DNA from: Actinobacteria bacterium UBA7524
Lineage (GTDB): Bacteria > Actinomycetota > Coriobacteriia > Anaerosomatales > UBA912
Assembly (NCBI GenBank): GCA_002478275.1
Contig: DLMY01000030.1
Location: forward strand, 1-64,000
DNA length: 64,000 nucleotides
Direction: 5' to 3'
Numbering within the stretch: the first letter of the stretch is position 1; each line of letters begins with the position of its first letter. The translations under genes and the position numbers were made by a program. The notes beneath the pieces are model-generated. The model was given only the letters and a program-made list of their open reading frames with translations, did not search any database and was not told where the DNA came from. Positions 1 through 9,095 of this stretch are shown here, piece by piece.

Positions 1-1
1 A

Positions 2-97
2 CCCGTACCCGAACCCCAGCCCGAACCGAAACCAGAACCTGCACCCGCGCCCGAACCAGAACCGGAACCTGAACCCCAGCCCGAACCGGAACCGGAG
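2..97 (+). repeat. Low-complexity coding hexamer repeat (PE/PQ dipeptides)
   Basis: Repeated CCNGAA/CCCCAG units encoding (PE)n. Confidence 0.8.
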
Positions 98-448
98 CGG
101 CCCCGGGCGGTGGTATCGCCACCACCTCCTCCGAAGGAGCCTGTGACCGAACCCCCTCCGGTGCCAGTTGTGCCGAAGCCCGCAGCGACCGTCGCGGTTC
201 CGCAGCCCGTCGCGCCTCCGGCCCCGTCCGAAGTCCCGGCCGCCACCCCGCCGGTGTCGTCCGTGATATCTTCGCGATCACGACCGACCGACATCCCCGA
301 CTACGTGCCTGCTGCACCTGTCGAGATGTGGTTCGGTGAAGCGCGTGTGGGTGTGAAGCCGGGCTCGCGTACCTACGATCAGTTCCAGAAGTACGCGCAG
401 GTCATGTTCGATGACCTCAAGCGCTCGGTGCCGCGTACGCACTCTTAG
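2..448 (+). CDS. 3' part of a Pro/Glu-rich hypothetical protein (5' truncated by window edge)
   Basis: Frame is open from position 2 (PVPEPQPEPKPEPAPAPEPEP...), followed by a Pro-rich linker and a small globular C-terminus (VEMWFGEARVGVKPGSRTYDQF); TAG ends at 448. Confidence 0.7.
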   Translation, partial: PVPEPQPEPKPEPAPAPEPEPEPEPQPEPEPERPRAVVSPPPPPKEPVTEPPPVPVVPKPAATVAVPQPVAPPAPSEVPAATPPVSSVISSRSRPTDIPDYVPAAPVEMWFGEARVGVKPGSRTYDQFQKYAQVMFDDLKRSVPRTHS

Positions 449-569
449 GGCCGGCCTGACGAGCGACCCCGGGCACAAGGCTGTTCCTGAAGTGACCTTG
501 TGCAGTACCATGAGGATATCGAATATCCACCACGCCGTACGTCGTCACCGATGCCGAAGGATCCACCAC

Positions 570-2514
570 GTGGCTGAAGCGGGACAGCGACTCGGCCAGC
601 TCCTCATGNNNNNNNNNNNNNNNNNNNNNNNNNNNNNNNNNNNNNNNNNNNNNNNNNNNNNNNNNNNNNNNNNNNNNNNNNNNNNNNNNNNNNNNNNNNN
701 NNNNNNNNNNNNNNNNNNNNNNNNNNNNNNNNNNNNNNNNNNNNNNNNNNNNNNNNNNNNNNNNNNNNNNNNNNNNNNNNNNNNNNNNNNNNNNNNNNNN
801 NNNNNNNNNNNNNNNNNGCCACTCAGGGTGCGATCCTGTCCGTCATGGCTGCGCAGATCGGGATTCCCTATATCGATTTCGTCGAGCAGAAGCCCGAGCC
901 CAACGCGGTCGCTGCGGTTCCGCGTGAACTCGCGGAGCGTTACATCCTCATGCCGATGCACGTCTCGGAGAGTGGCGAACTGGTCGTGGCGATGGCTGAT
1001 CCCCAGAACGTGTTGGCCCTTGACGACCTGCGCATCATCACAGGGCACGAGATACGGCCTGCCATCTCGACAAAAGACGACATCATCATCGCGATCGAGG
1101 AGTACTACAAGGTNNNNNNNNNNNNNNNNNNNNNNNNNNNNNNNNNNNNNNNNNNNNNNNNNNNNNNNNNNNNNNNNNNNNNNNNNNNNNNNNNNNNNNN
1201 NNNNNNNNNNNNNNNNNNNNNNNNNNNNNNNNNNNNNNNNNNNNNNNNNNNNNNNTCGAGGAGTACTACAAGGTCGCCGAGAGCACCTCAGACGATGAGT
1301 TCCTCGGCAGTGAAGACCTTGAGGGGACGGAACTCGAGCAGTTGACAGACGTCTCCTCGGAGACTCCGATCGTCAAGCTCGTGAGCTTCATGATCCAAAA
1401 AGCGGTCGCGGACGGAGCGAGCGACATCCATATCGAGCCTCAGGAGACCGATCTGCGTGTCCGGTTCCGGATAGACGGCGTGCTCCAGGAGGTTATGCGC
1501 AGCCCACGGTCGGTGCAGGCTTCGATCATCAGCCGCTTCAAGATCATGGCGGACATGGACATCGCGGAGTCACGCAAGCCCCAGGATGGTCACTGCGCGG
1601 TCACGGTCGCCGGTCAGAAGGTCGACTTCCGGGTATCGACACTCCCGACCGTGTACGGGGAGAGGGTCGTTCTTCGAATCCTGCGCAAAGACGCCATCAT
1701 GCTTCAGCTTTCGGACCTCGGTTTCCTGCAGTCCTCGCTCGACCGGTTCGAGGTCGCATTCAGGAAACCGTACGGAGCCATCCTCGTCACCGGCCCTACC
1801 GGTTCGGGTAAGTCGACGACGCTGTACGCAGCGGTGAACGTGCTCAACACACCCGACAGGCACATCCTCACTGTTGAGGACCCGGTGGAGTACCGTGTCG
1901 AAGGCGTGAACCAGTGTCAGGTCAACCCGAAGGCAGGACTGACGTTCGCACGCGCACTACGTTCGTTCCTGCGCTGCTCTCCCGACTGTATCCTCGTCGG
2001 TGAGATCCGTGACCAGGAGACGGCCCAGATCGCGATCGAATCGGCCCTTACCGGTAACCTGGTCCTTTCGACACTGCACACCAACGACTCCGCCGGCGCC
2101 GTGACACGCTTGATCGAGATGGGTGTGGAGCCGTTCCTTGTGGCCTCGGCGGTCGAGACCGTGCTCGCCCAGCGCCTGACGCGGCGGCTGTGCAAGGAGT
2201 GCAAGCAGGAAGTCCGCCTCAAGCCCGAAGTCCTCATCAAGGCGGGATTCGCCGAGGACAATCTTCCCGAAGTCGTTCACAAGGCCGTTGGCTGCAAGAA
2301 CTGCGGCAATACCGGCTATCGGGGCCGGATGGGCGTTCATGAGGTGCTGTCCATGTCCGAGGAGATACGGAGGCTGACCGTCGACGAGGCGACTGCCGAG
2401 GAGATCAAGCAGGTCGCTATCCGCGAAGGGATGCTGACACTCCGTCAGGACGGACTCGAGAAGGTGCGGATGGGAATGACGTCGATCGAAGAGGTCTTGC
2501 GAGTCATCGTATAG
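570..2514 (+). CDS. pilB: Type IV pilus extension ATPase PilB (GspE family) with MshEN-like N-terminus; interrupted by two N-gaps
   Basis: GTG at 570 after GAAGGA; RLGQLL motif; ASDIHIEP; Walker A GPTGSGKST; TVEDPVE; VGEIRD; STLHTND; CxxC...CxxC zinc motif. Flanks of the second gap overlap by 19 nt and rejoin in frame. Confidence 0.92.
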
Positions 2515-2517
2515 GGG

Positions 2518-2545
2518 TAACGTACGGGAACACTCCGGCCGATAC
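2518..2545 (+). promoter_or_regulatory. Putative sigma-28/WhiG-type promoter upstream of pilC
   Basis: TAAC-N16-GCCGATAC. Confidence 0.55.
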
Positions 2546-2653
2546 TGAGTGAGGAGTATCTTGCCAGTGAGCTTGGTTGCCTTGTGCATCGCAGCCGTTC
2601 ACGCCCGGCAAGGGACTTCGGGTCGTATGACGTAGACAGAGGAGCATCACACC

Positions 2654-3868
2654 ATGGCCACCTTCAACTACTCGGTCCGTGACAAAGCAGGCAAGATCGT
2701 CAAGGGTTCGCTGGAGGGCGAGAACCGAGAGGCGGTCGGTGCGAAGCTTCGGCAGATGGGCTACATCATCCTGGAGCTCGATCAGCAGTCTGCGTTTGCG
2801 AACCTCGGGCAGATCAAACTCGGTGGCGGCAAAGTCAAAGTCAAGGACATCACCATCTTCGCCCGTCAGTTCGCCACGATGATCAACGCAGGTCTGTCGC
2901 TGACCAAGTGTCTCACCATCCTCGGGGCGCAGACGGAGAGTGAGGCGCTCAGGACCGTCATCCAGCTTGTGGCGAAGGACGTCGAAGCGGGACAGTCGCT
3001 GTCGGATGCGCTTGCAAAGCATCCCAAGGTATTCCCCCCGATATTCGTGAACATGATCCGGGCAGGCGAGACCGGTGGTGTGCTCGACGAGGTCCTGGTG
3101 AGACTGGCAGACCACTTCGAGACGGATGCGGCGCTCAAGGCCAAGATCAAGTCCGCCATGACGTACCCGGTTGCCATGGGCGGGCTGGTCCTAGTGATCC
3201 TGGTTGCCATGATGGTGTTCGTCGTCCCAGTTTTCCAGGGCATGTTCGAGAGCATGGGCGGTGAACTTCCGTTCATGACCCAGATGCTCGTCGATATCTC
3301 TGAGTTCGTCTCAGGGGTCGGAGGTATCGTGACGGTGGCCGTCGTCGCGGGCATAGTCACTGGATTCAAGTCGTGGGTCGCTACGACTTCCGGACGCCTG
3401 ATATGGGACACCGCGAAGTTGCGGATGCCGATCTTCGGCGAGATGATCCGGAAGATGGCGGTTGCGAGATTCACGCGGACGTTCGGTACGCTGGTCTCTG
3501 CCGGTGTCCCGATTCTTTCAGCCTTGGACATCGTCGCGGACACCGCCGGCAACGCTCTCGTCGCCAAGGTGGTCAAGGACGCACGTGGGGCTATCAAGGA
3601 GGGCGAGACGATCGCCAAGCCCTTGGGCGAGTCGAACGTGTTCCCCTCGATGGTCGTGCAGATGATATCCGTTGGCGAGGAGACCGGTGCGCTCGACGCG
3701 ATGCTCAACAAGATCGCGGACTTCTACGACGAGGAAGTCGCTACCGCGGTCGACGGACTGACGTCGCTTATCGAGCCTCTGATGATGGCATCCTTGGGAG
3801 GCGTCGTCGGTACCATGGTCGTGGCGCTCTACATGCCGATGTTCAACGTCATCACGCTTGTGGAGTAG
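2654..3868 (+). CDS. pilC: Type IV pilus platform protein PilC (GspF family)
   Basis: RQFATMINAG, GETGGVLD, KIKSAMTYP, GEETGALD and EPLM motifs; three TM segments; SD GAGGAG. Confidence 0.95.
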   Translation: MATFNYSVRDKAGKIVKGSLEGENREAVGAKLRQMGYIILELDQQSAFANLGQIKLGGGKVKVKDITIFARQFATMINAGLSLTKCLTILGAQTESEALRTVIQLVAKDVEAGQSLSDALAKHPKVFPPIFVNMIRAGETGGVLDEVLVRLADHFETDAALKAKIKSAMTYPVAMGGLVLVILVAMMVFVVPVFQGMFESMGGELPFMTQMLVDISEFVSGVGGIVTVAVVAGIVTGFKSWVATTSGRLIWDTAKLRMPIFGEMIRKMAVARFTRTFGTLVSAGVPILSALDIVADTAGNALVAKVVKDARGAIKEGETIAKPLGESNVFPSMVVQMISVGEETGALDAMLNKIADFYDEEVATAVDGLTSLIEPLMMASLGGVVGTMVVALYMPMFNVITLVE

Positions 3869-3918
3869 TGTCGTAGCGGTTCTGGAGTGACCCTCGTCAC
3901 AGTACGAATTCTAATCCT

Positions 3919-3945
3919 TAAGTCCCCTCTTCCTTGCGCCGATAT
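3919..3945 (+). promoter_or_regulatory. Putative sigma-28/WhiG-type promoter of the major pilin gene
   Basis: TAAG-N15-GCCGATAT, near the consensus TAAA-N15-GCCGATAA. Confidence 0.7.
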
Positions 3946-4003
3946 ACCTGTTGAAGAGGGCGGTCGACATGGCCGCATGCCAACAGGAAGGAGGTGGACA
4001 TCG

Positions 4004-4369
4004 ATGAAGATGTTCAGGAGAGAAGAGGGCTTCACCCTCGTCGAGCTGATGGTCGTCGTTCTTATTATCGGTATTCTTGTTGCTATCGCAATCCCGGTGT
4101 TCAACTCGGCGCGCGCCACAGCCGAGCAGCGTTCGTGCCACGCCAACGAGCGTACGCTGGAAGGTGCTCTTGAGCAGTACAAGGCAGCCGTCATGGGTGC
4201 CACGAACCCGGCAGACTACGCTGGGCTCAAGGCGATCCTTGTACCGAACTACGTCAAGGAAGCACCGGTCTGCCCGACCGCTGGCGACGATACTGTCTAC
4301 AGCTTCTCGACCGACGCGAGTGGTGTCGGTAAGGTCAGCTGCTCCACGCACGGCAACTACAGCGACTAG
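4004..4369 (+). CDS. pilA: Type IV major pilin (121-aa prepilin)
   Basis: SD AAGGAGGT; class III signal MKMFRREEG|FTLVELMVVVLIIGILVAIAIP; own promoter and downstream hairpin. Confidence 0.9.
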   Translation: MKMFRREEGFTLVELMVVVLIIGILVAIAIPVFNSARATAEQRSCHANERTLEGALEQYKAAVMGATNPADYAGLKAILVPNYVKEAPVCPTAGDDTVYSFSTDASGVGKVSCSTHGNYSD

Positions 4370-4393
4370 TTAGTCCTGACTCATCGCTTCACC

Positions 4394-4423
4394 GGAAGGG
4401 CCGGCTCTCTCGCCGGTCCTTCC
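4394..4423 (+). terminator. Stem-loop after the major pilin gene (terminator or mRNA stabiliser)
   Basis: GGAAGGGCCGGC-tctctc-GCCGGTCCTTCC, 12-bp stem with one G-U pair; no U-tract. Confidence 0.55.
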
Positions 4424-4514
4424 TGCATCATCTATCCTCTTACCGTGAACGACTATCCTGTGAGACTTGATGTCAAGGCCTGTCCGCCCGGTATGAGTTC
4501 GGAGGTCAGCGGCA

Positions 4515-5339
4515 TTGTCGATGATGCCCTTACTGGTGCTTCTTGGTGTCCTTGGTCTGGCTTTCGGCAGCTTCGCGAATGTCGTCATCTGGCGGTATCC
4601 GCGTGGCGAGTCCTTGTCCAGTCCGGGCTCCCACTGTCCCGCATGCGATCACCCCGTTAGATGGTACGACAACGTCCCGGTGGTCTCGTGGCTGCTACTG
4701 CGAGCGAAGTGCCGTGATTGCGGAGGAGCTATCGCGCCGCGCTACCCGCTCGTCGAGCTGTTGTCGGGCGCGCTATGGGTGCTTGCCGGAGTGCTCTACG
4801 GTTCTACCTGGAGGACTCTGGCAGCGGTGGTGCTGTTCTACCTGCTTCTGCTGCTCACCTTCATCGATTTGGACACCATGCGGCTGCCTAACCCGATCGT
4901 CGCTATGCTGGGAGGCGGAGGATTACTGTTCGCTGTGCTGTCCCAACTCGGCGTCGCGGATATGCTCCCCTTGACCCCGGGCGGCGGGCCACTCACATCT
5001 CCTTTGCTTGCGGCGATCGCCGGGATCGTCTCCGGGGGAGGGTTGAGTCTCGGCATCGCCACGGCTTATCAGGGTGTGCGAGGCAGGGCCGGCTTTGGCA
5101 TGGGCGATGTCAAACTCATGGCGGCCTTTGGCCCGTATCTTGGCGCGTACACGCTGGCCGTCCTCTTCCTGGGCAGTGCGCTGGGGGCGGTGTGGGGGGT
5201 AGCCGGGGTCGTCACAGGCAAGAAGGACCTGGCGACACGGTTCCCGTTCGGCCCGTTCCTTGCGGTCGCGGCCGTGGTGGTCGCGGCATTCGGTCCTCAG
5301 ATATGGGGATGGTATCTGGCACTTGCGCTCGGCTCGTGA
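4515..5339 (+). CDS. pilD: Prepilin peptidase/N-methyltransferase
   Basis: GSFANVVIWRYP, two CxxC pairs, IDLD and GMGDVKL catalytic Asp motifs, PFGPFL. Confidence 0.95.
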   Translation: MSMMPLLVLLGVLGLAFGSFANVVIWRYPRGESLSSPGSHCPACDHPVRWYDNVPVVSWLLLRAKCRDCGGAIAPRYPLVELLSGALWVLAGVLYGSTWRTLAAVVLFYLLLLLTFIDLDTMRLPNPIVAMLGGGGLLFAVLSQLGVADMLPLTPGGGPLTSPLLAAIAGIVSGGGLSLGIATAYQGVRGRAGFGMGDVKLMAAFGPYLGAYTLAVLFLGSALGAVWGVAGVVTGKKDLATRFPFGPFLAVAAVVVAAFGPQIWGWYLALALGS

Positions 5340-5380
5340 GGATACGGCGCTGCCGTGTACCGTTCGTCGGCACGGGTCCT

Positions 5381-5407
5381 CAAGGAGCCCGCGTCTCGCG
5401 CCGATAT
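5381..5407 (+). promoter_or_regulatory. Putative sigma-28/WhiG-type promoter of the minor pilin operon
   Basis: CAAG-N15-GCCGATAT. Confidence 0.65.
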
Positions 5408-5460
5408 ATACTATCGGTGGAGTATGCACCTGTCCGGTGCCGGTTACAGTGAGGTGCGAG

Positions 5461-6990
5461 ATGAACATCGGGCCCAGGGGCGGCCGATACGATGACGGCT
5501 TCAGCCTGGTTGAGGTCATGGTCGCCTCATTCGTTCTCTTCTTCGTGATCACGGCGATCCTGGCGCTGACGCTTCAGAGCACTCGCATGGGCGTCGACGC
5601 CAAACAACGCACGGTCATGACCAACGCGGTGACCTCGCAGTTGGAGTGGATACGCACACTGGACTTCGAGCATCTTGCCGATGTCGTGCCTGCGGAGAGT
5701 GTCCGCACGGTCGACGGGTTCACAGTGCGCACACAGACATCGATCACTGAAGGTCAGGCCGGGACCAAGGAGATCGTGGTGACCGTCTCGGTCTCGCGCA
5801 CGGGTACGCGGACCTTGTCAACTACCCGGTTCCTGACCATGCGGGACCCCGAGAAAGCGTTGCAGGCCAGCGATCAGACCGGGCCTATCCTGGAGTTCAC
5901 CAGTCAGACCCCGGACGAGAACTCGGTGGTCTTCGGTGCAAACGTGTGGGGTGGCTCGACGCTGTACATCACGGTCAAGGCTTCCGGGCGGGGTTCGGGT
6001 GTGACAATTGACGAGTTGAAGTACATGTGTGCAGGCGGTTACCTGCGCAACGGGACCTCAGGCAGTTCTGACAATGCTGTCTGGCAGCCGATGACGAACA
6101 CAGTCACCCAATCGTTCAGATGGCATACCTTGCAGATCGACCCCAACATCCAGGACGGTTGGCGCATCGTGACCGTCGAGGCTACCGACAGCGACGGCTA
6201 CACATCACGCATAGGCAGGATGTTCTACGTCGATAACGCGCCTCCCTCACCACCCGGGGTGCCGGTCCCGGTAGTGCGAACGAACACGGATACTCGTCTG
6301 AACTGGGCGGCCGCCCTGGACGGGACGCATGATGCAAGGGAATACGGCGTATGGCCGCGCGCCGAGAACTCAGAGGGTCAGATGGTGTACACGATCCATC
6401 CTGATGACGACCCCATAAAGGTTCCTGTTGCGGTATACAACCACACGGGAGCGACGTTCAGCCGTTACACCATCGATGTCGGAGCACTGTCTCCGCGATA
6501 TCAGCGTCCGCCCATCGAGGATCGCCGTTCACCCGCGAAGCCGTTCGTCACCAAGCCACTCGCCACCGGGACCAGCATCAGCCGGTACGATGCCGATAGG
6601 CACTGGTACGGCATCGTGAACCTGAGCGTGTCGCAGCCTACGTTCCCGGTGAGCTACATCCGGTACGACCTGTACATGGGCCTGTCAAAGGACAACATGT
6701 TCCTGTACGTTTCGGACTGTGGCCCGACCTACACGAATCCGCAGATGCCGAGTGCCGCGGAGATCTCCGCTATGACCGGAAACCCGCCGGTGTTCGCACC
6801 ATACAAGCAGATCGCGAAGAGGACGAACAACGACAGGACACCGCCGGATCCGTGGCTGTTCCAGTATCGTGTGACGTTCGTGCCGTCAGGGTACCAGGGG
6901 GGCACGCAAGAGACGGTGTTCTCGAACGTCATCGGACCCATCACCGCCACGAAGAACACGGTGACGCCGATGGCGCACGTCGATTGGTGA
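5461..6990 (+). CDS. Large (509 aa) PilV-like minor pilin with C-terminal beta-rich Ig/FN3-like modules
   Basis: SD GAGGTG; ATG at 5461; DDG|FSLVEVMVASFVL class III signal; VDNAPPSPPG domain linker. Confidence 0.8.
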   Translation: MNIGPRGGRYDDGFSLVEVMVASFVLFFVITAILALTLQSTRMGVDAKQRTVMTNAVTSQLEWIRTLDFEHLADVVPAESVRTVDGFTVRTQTSITEGQAGTKEIVVTVSVSRTGTRTLSTTRFLTMRDPEKALQASDQTGPILEFTSQTPDENSVVFGANVWGGSTLYITVKASGRGSGVTIDELKYMCAGGYLRNGTSGSSDNAVWQPMTNTVTQSFRWHTLQIDPNIQDGWRIVTVEATDSDGYTSRIGRMFYVDNAPPSPPGVPVPVVRTNTDTRLNWAAALDGTHDAREYGVWPRAENSEGQMVYTIHPDDDPIKVPVAVYNHTGATFSRYTIDVGALSPRYQRPPIEDRRSPAKPFVTKPLATGTSISRYDADRHWYGIVNLSVSQPTFPVSYIRYDLYMGLSKDNMFLYVSDCGPTYTNPQMPSAAEISAMTGNPPVFAPYKQIAKRTNNDRTPPDPWLFQYRVTFVPSGYQGGTQETVFSNVIGPITATKNTVTPMAHVDW

Positions 6991-6995
6991 TTGAG

Positions 6996-7565
6996 ATGCG
7001 GTTTTGTCACGGACACATATCAGAGGAGACGGGTTTCTCGTTAGGGGAGCTACTGGTCGTTCTTGCGTTGATCGGGGTGATCCTGGCAGCGACCTTCAAT
7101 ATCCTCACCGTCGTGAATCGCTCCCGCGACGCGATCGAGCGGGAATCGCAGTTCGCCGTCGAGATAGGCGGACCTTTGCTCAATATGGAGCGCATGCTCA
7201 TGCAGGCGATCGAGATCAAGAGCTTCTCGCCGTACTCCATCGTGTTCGTCACCGACAGCGACAACAACAATCTCGTTGAATGGCATGAGATCGGGATCGG
7301 CGTTGACGGTCATCTCACCCAGAAGGCCTGGCTCACGGACGCGGGACAGAACAAGACCACTCAGGTTCTGAACGCAACGTGGTCGAAGAGCTGCACGAAC
7401 CGGACAAAGAGCATCAGGTTCATAACCGCTTATGACCTTCAGGGCAATGTTGTGGAGACGCCAGCACAGGCGAGAGCTGTTCTGATCGACATCGAGGTGG
7501 TAGTGGACGGCCATCCTTACCGGGACAGCCGCCGACTTGAGTTGCGCAATTACCGAAGGAGATGA
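6996..7565 (+). CDS. PilW-like minor pilin
   Basis: EETG|FSLGELLVVLALIGVIL class III signal. Confidence 0.82.
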   Translation: MRFCHGHISEETGFSLGELLVVLALIGVILAATFNILTVVNRSRDAIERESQFAVEIGGPLLNMERMLMQAIEIKSFSPYSIVFVTDSDNNNLVEWHEIGIGVDGHLTQKAWLTDAGQNKTTQVLNATWSKSCTNRTKSIRFITAYDLQGNVVETPAQARAVLIDIEVVVDGHPYRDSRRLELRNYRRR

Positions 7566-7566
7566 C

Positions 7567-8973
7567 GTGAAGGTGTCGCCTATCAGTCGCATCCGGGATG
7601 ACAGTGGCTACGCGATGGTAGTGGTCATGGGGGCCATAGCGCTACTCACCGTTGTCGCGGTCGGCTCGTACTTCGTCGCTTCCCAGGCACTGCACGATTC
7701 GTCACGAGTACAAGGTGAGTCCAGGGCGTTCGTGTTGGCGCAGACCGGGATGGACCGTACCCTTTCGGATTTCAAGAGTGAGAACGTTGGCGAAGCTGGT
7801 CTTGTCGTCACGGGATCGACCACTGATGGGACCTATCGTGTCGTGGTGGAGCCCGTGAGCGGCATCGAGTACAAGCTTGTCTCGACAGGCACCGCAGGCG
7901 GGATCTCTGAGTCGATCACCCTGCGGTTCCTGTACATGAGTCTCTGGGACATGAACCTTGGCGGAGGCCAGAGTTCTCCGCTTGGTGGCGGGGCAGGCTT
8001 CAATGGCAACGCGGCAGTCACAGGACCTCTGTACGTGCGCGGGGACATGATCTGGTCCTCAAACGCGAATTATGAGGGCGGTCCGCTACTGATAAAGGAC
8101 GGTGCCCTGAACGTGACTGGATCGGGTGAGCTGGGAAGGGTGCAGCCTATCCGTCTGTACGCGACCAAACCGATCCAGGGCAAGATCGGCAACGTCTATC
8201 TTGCGGCGCCGCAATCCTACTCGGTTCCCGACATCGATATCGACTGGGTCGACGGAACCTATCTGAGCGCGAGGCGTGACGATGCCATCGCACAGAGTAT
8301 GGACAATGTCATGGGAGATTCTTCCTCGAGCATCAACATCGAGACGGCGAGCGCAGGTCGTGACCCCGAGACGTACACGACGGTCGTCCCGGGTCGCCCG
8401 AAGGCAGCAGGAGCGACCGATCACTACAAACTCATCCAGGGTAATCTCTACATCAATAACTCCACGTTCGGCGAGTGGGCTCGGGCGGGGAGTGTCTATG
8501 AGGGAACAGGGATCCACGACGACTTCGCCTTCGACCATGCAAGCGGAACTCTCTACATCGAGGGCACCGTGTATGTTGACGGCAACCTGACGTTCGGACC
8601 TAACGTCCAGAGGTACATCGGCAACGGGACCATCGTCGCCACCGGCGACATCGAACTGCAGGCGTCCGGCAGACTGGAGCCCGCCGGGGGGAATGTCAAC
8701 AACGAGAACGCGCTTGGTCTTGTGACGCCCGGCAACGTCAAGATCGGCGGTAATCAGGGATCGCACTACAAGGGCGCCATCTTCTGTAACGGGACGATGG
8801 GCATGTACGGCACCGGTACCACTGTCACCGGTTCGGTCATCGCCGGTACGCTCTATGGCGATCTGCCCAACATCAAGTTGACCACCATTTCGGGACTCGC
8901 CGATTATCTTCCTGCGGGCATGCCGTACCAGGGCGGTAACCTCGTGCTCGAAGGACTCTGGACGCGACAGTAG
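7567..8973 (+). CDS. PilX/GspK-like minor pilin with a large beta-helix-like C-terminal domain
   Basis: SD AAGGAG; GTG at 7567; DDSG|YAMVVVMG lacking E5; AFVLAQTG; repeated G-x-I/L-Y-V-x-G strands. Confidence 0.8.
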   Translation: MKVSPISRIRDDSGYAMVVVMGAIALLTVVAVGSYFVASQALHDSSRVQGESRAFVLAQTGMDRTLSDFKSENVGEAGLVVTGSTTDGTYRVVVEPVSGIEYKLVSTGTAGGISESITLRFLYMSLWDMNLGGGQSSPLGGGAGFNGNAAVTGPLYVRGDMIWSSNANYEGGPLLIKDGALNVTGSGELGRVQPIRLYATKPIQGKIGNVYLAAPQSYSVPDIDIDWVDGTYLSARRDDAIAQSMDNVMGDSSSSINIETASAGRDPETYTTVVPGRPKAAGATDHYKLIQGNLYINNSTFGEWARAGSVYEGTGIHDDFAFDHASGTLYIEGTVYVDGNLTFGPNVQRYIGNGTIVATGDIELQASGRLEPAGGNVNNENALGLVTPGNVKIGGNQGSHYKGAIFCNGTMGMYGTGTTVTGSVIAGTLYGDLPNIKLTTISGLADYLPAGMPYQGGNLVLEGLWTRQ

Positions 8974-8974
8974 T

Positions 8975-9001
8975 GCAGAATCCTCTCGCTATTGCCGATA
9001 A
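8975..9001 (+). promoter_or_regulatory. Putative sigma-28/WhiG-type promoter upstream of pilM
   Basis: Perfect -10 GCCGATAA at 8994-9001; weak -35 (GCAG at N15). Confidence 0.5.
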
Positions 9002-9095
9002 CAGTCCCGAACAGGTAGAATCGCCTGTGGGAGTACGCACAACGTAGCAGTAGTCGAAGTCAGGTCGCAGCAGTAACGGCAGAAGGAGGACTCCC

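Noticed and set aside
1..100. CRISPR-like or non-coding tandem repeat
   Set aside because: Degenerate hexamers encoding a PE-rich linker; no repeat-spacer structure.
1095..1274. 19-bp direct repeat and apparent frameshift in pilB
   Set aside because: The copies flank an N-gap and merge into one in-frame sequence; scaffolding artefact, not a pseudogene or target-site duplication.
4031..4369. Electrically conductive (e-pilin) candidate
   Set aside because: Only 8 Phe/Tyr residues in 112, with long aromatic-free gaps; not the short aromatic-dense type.
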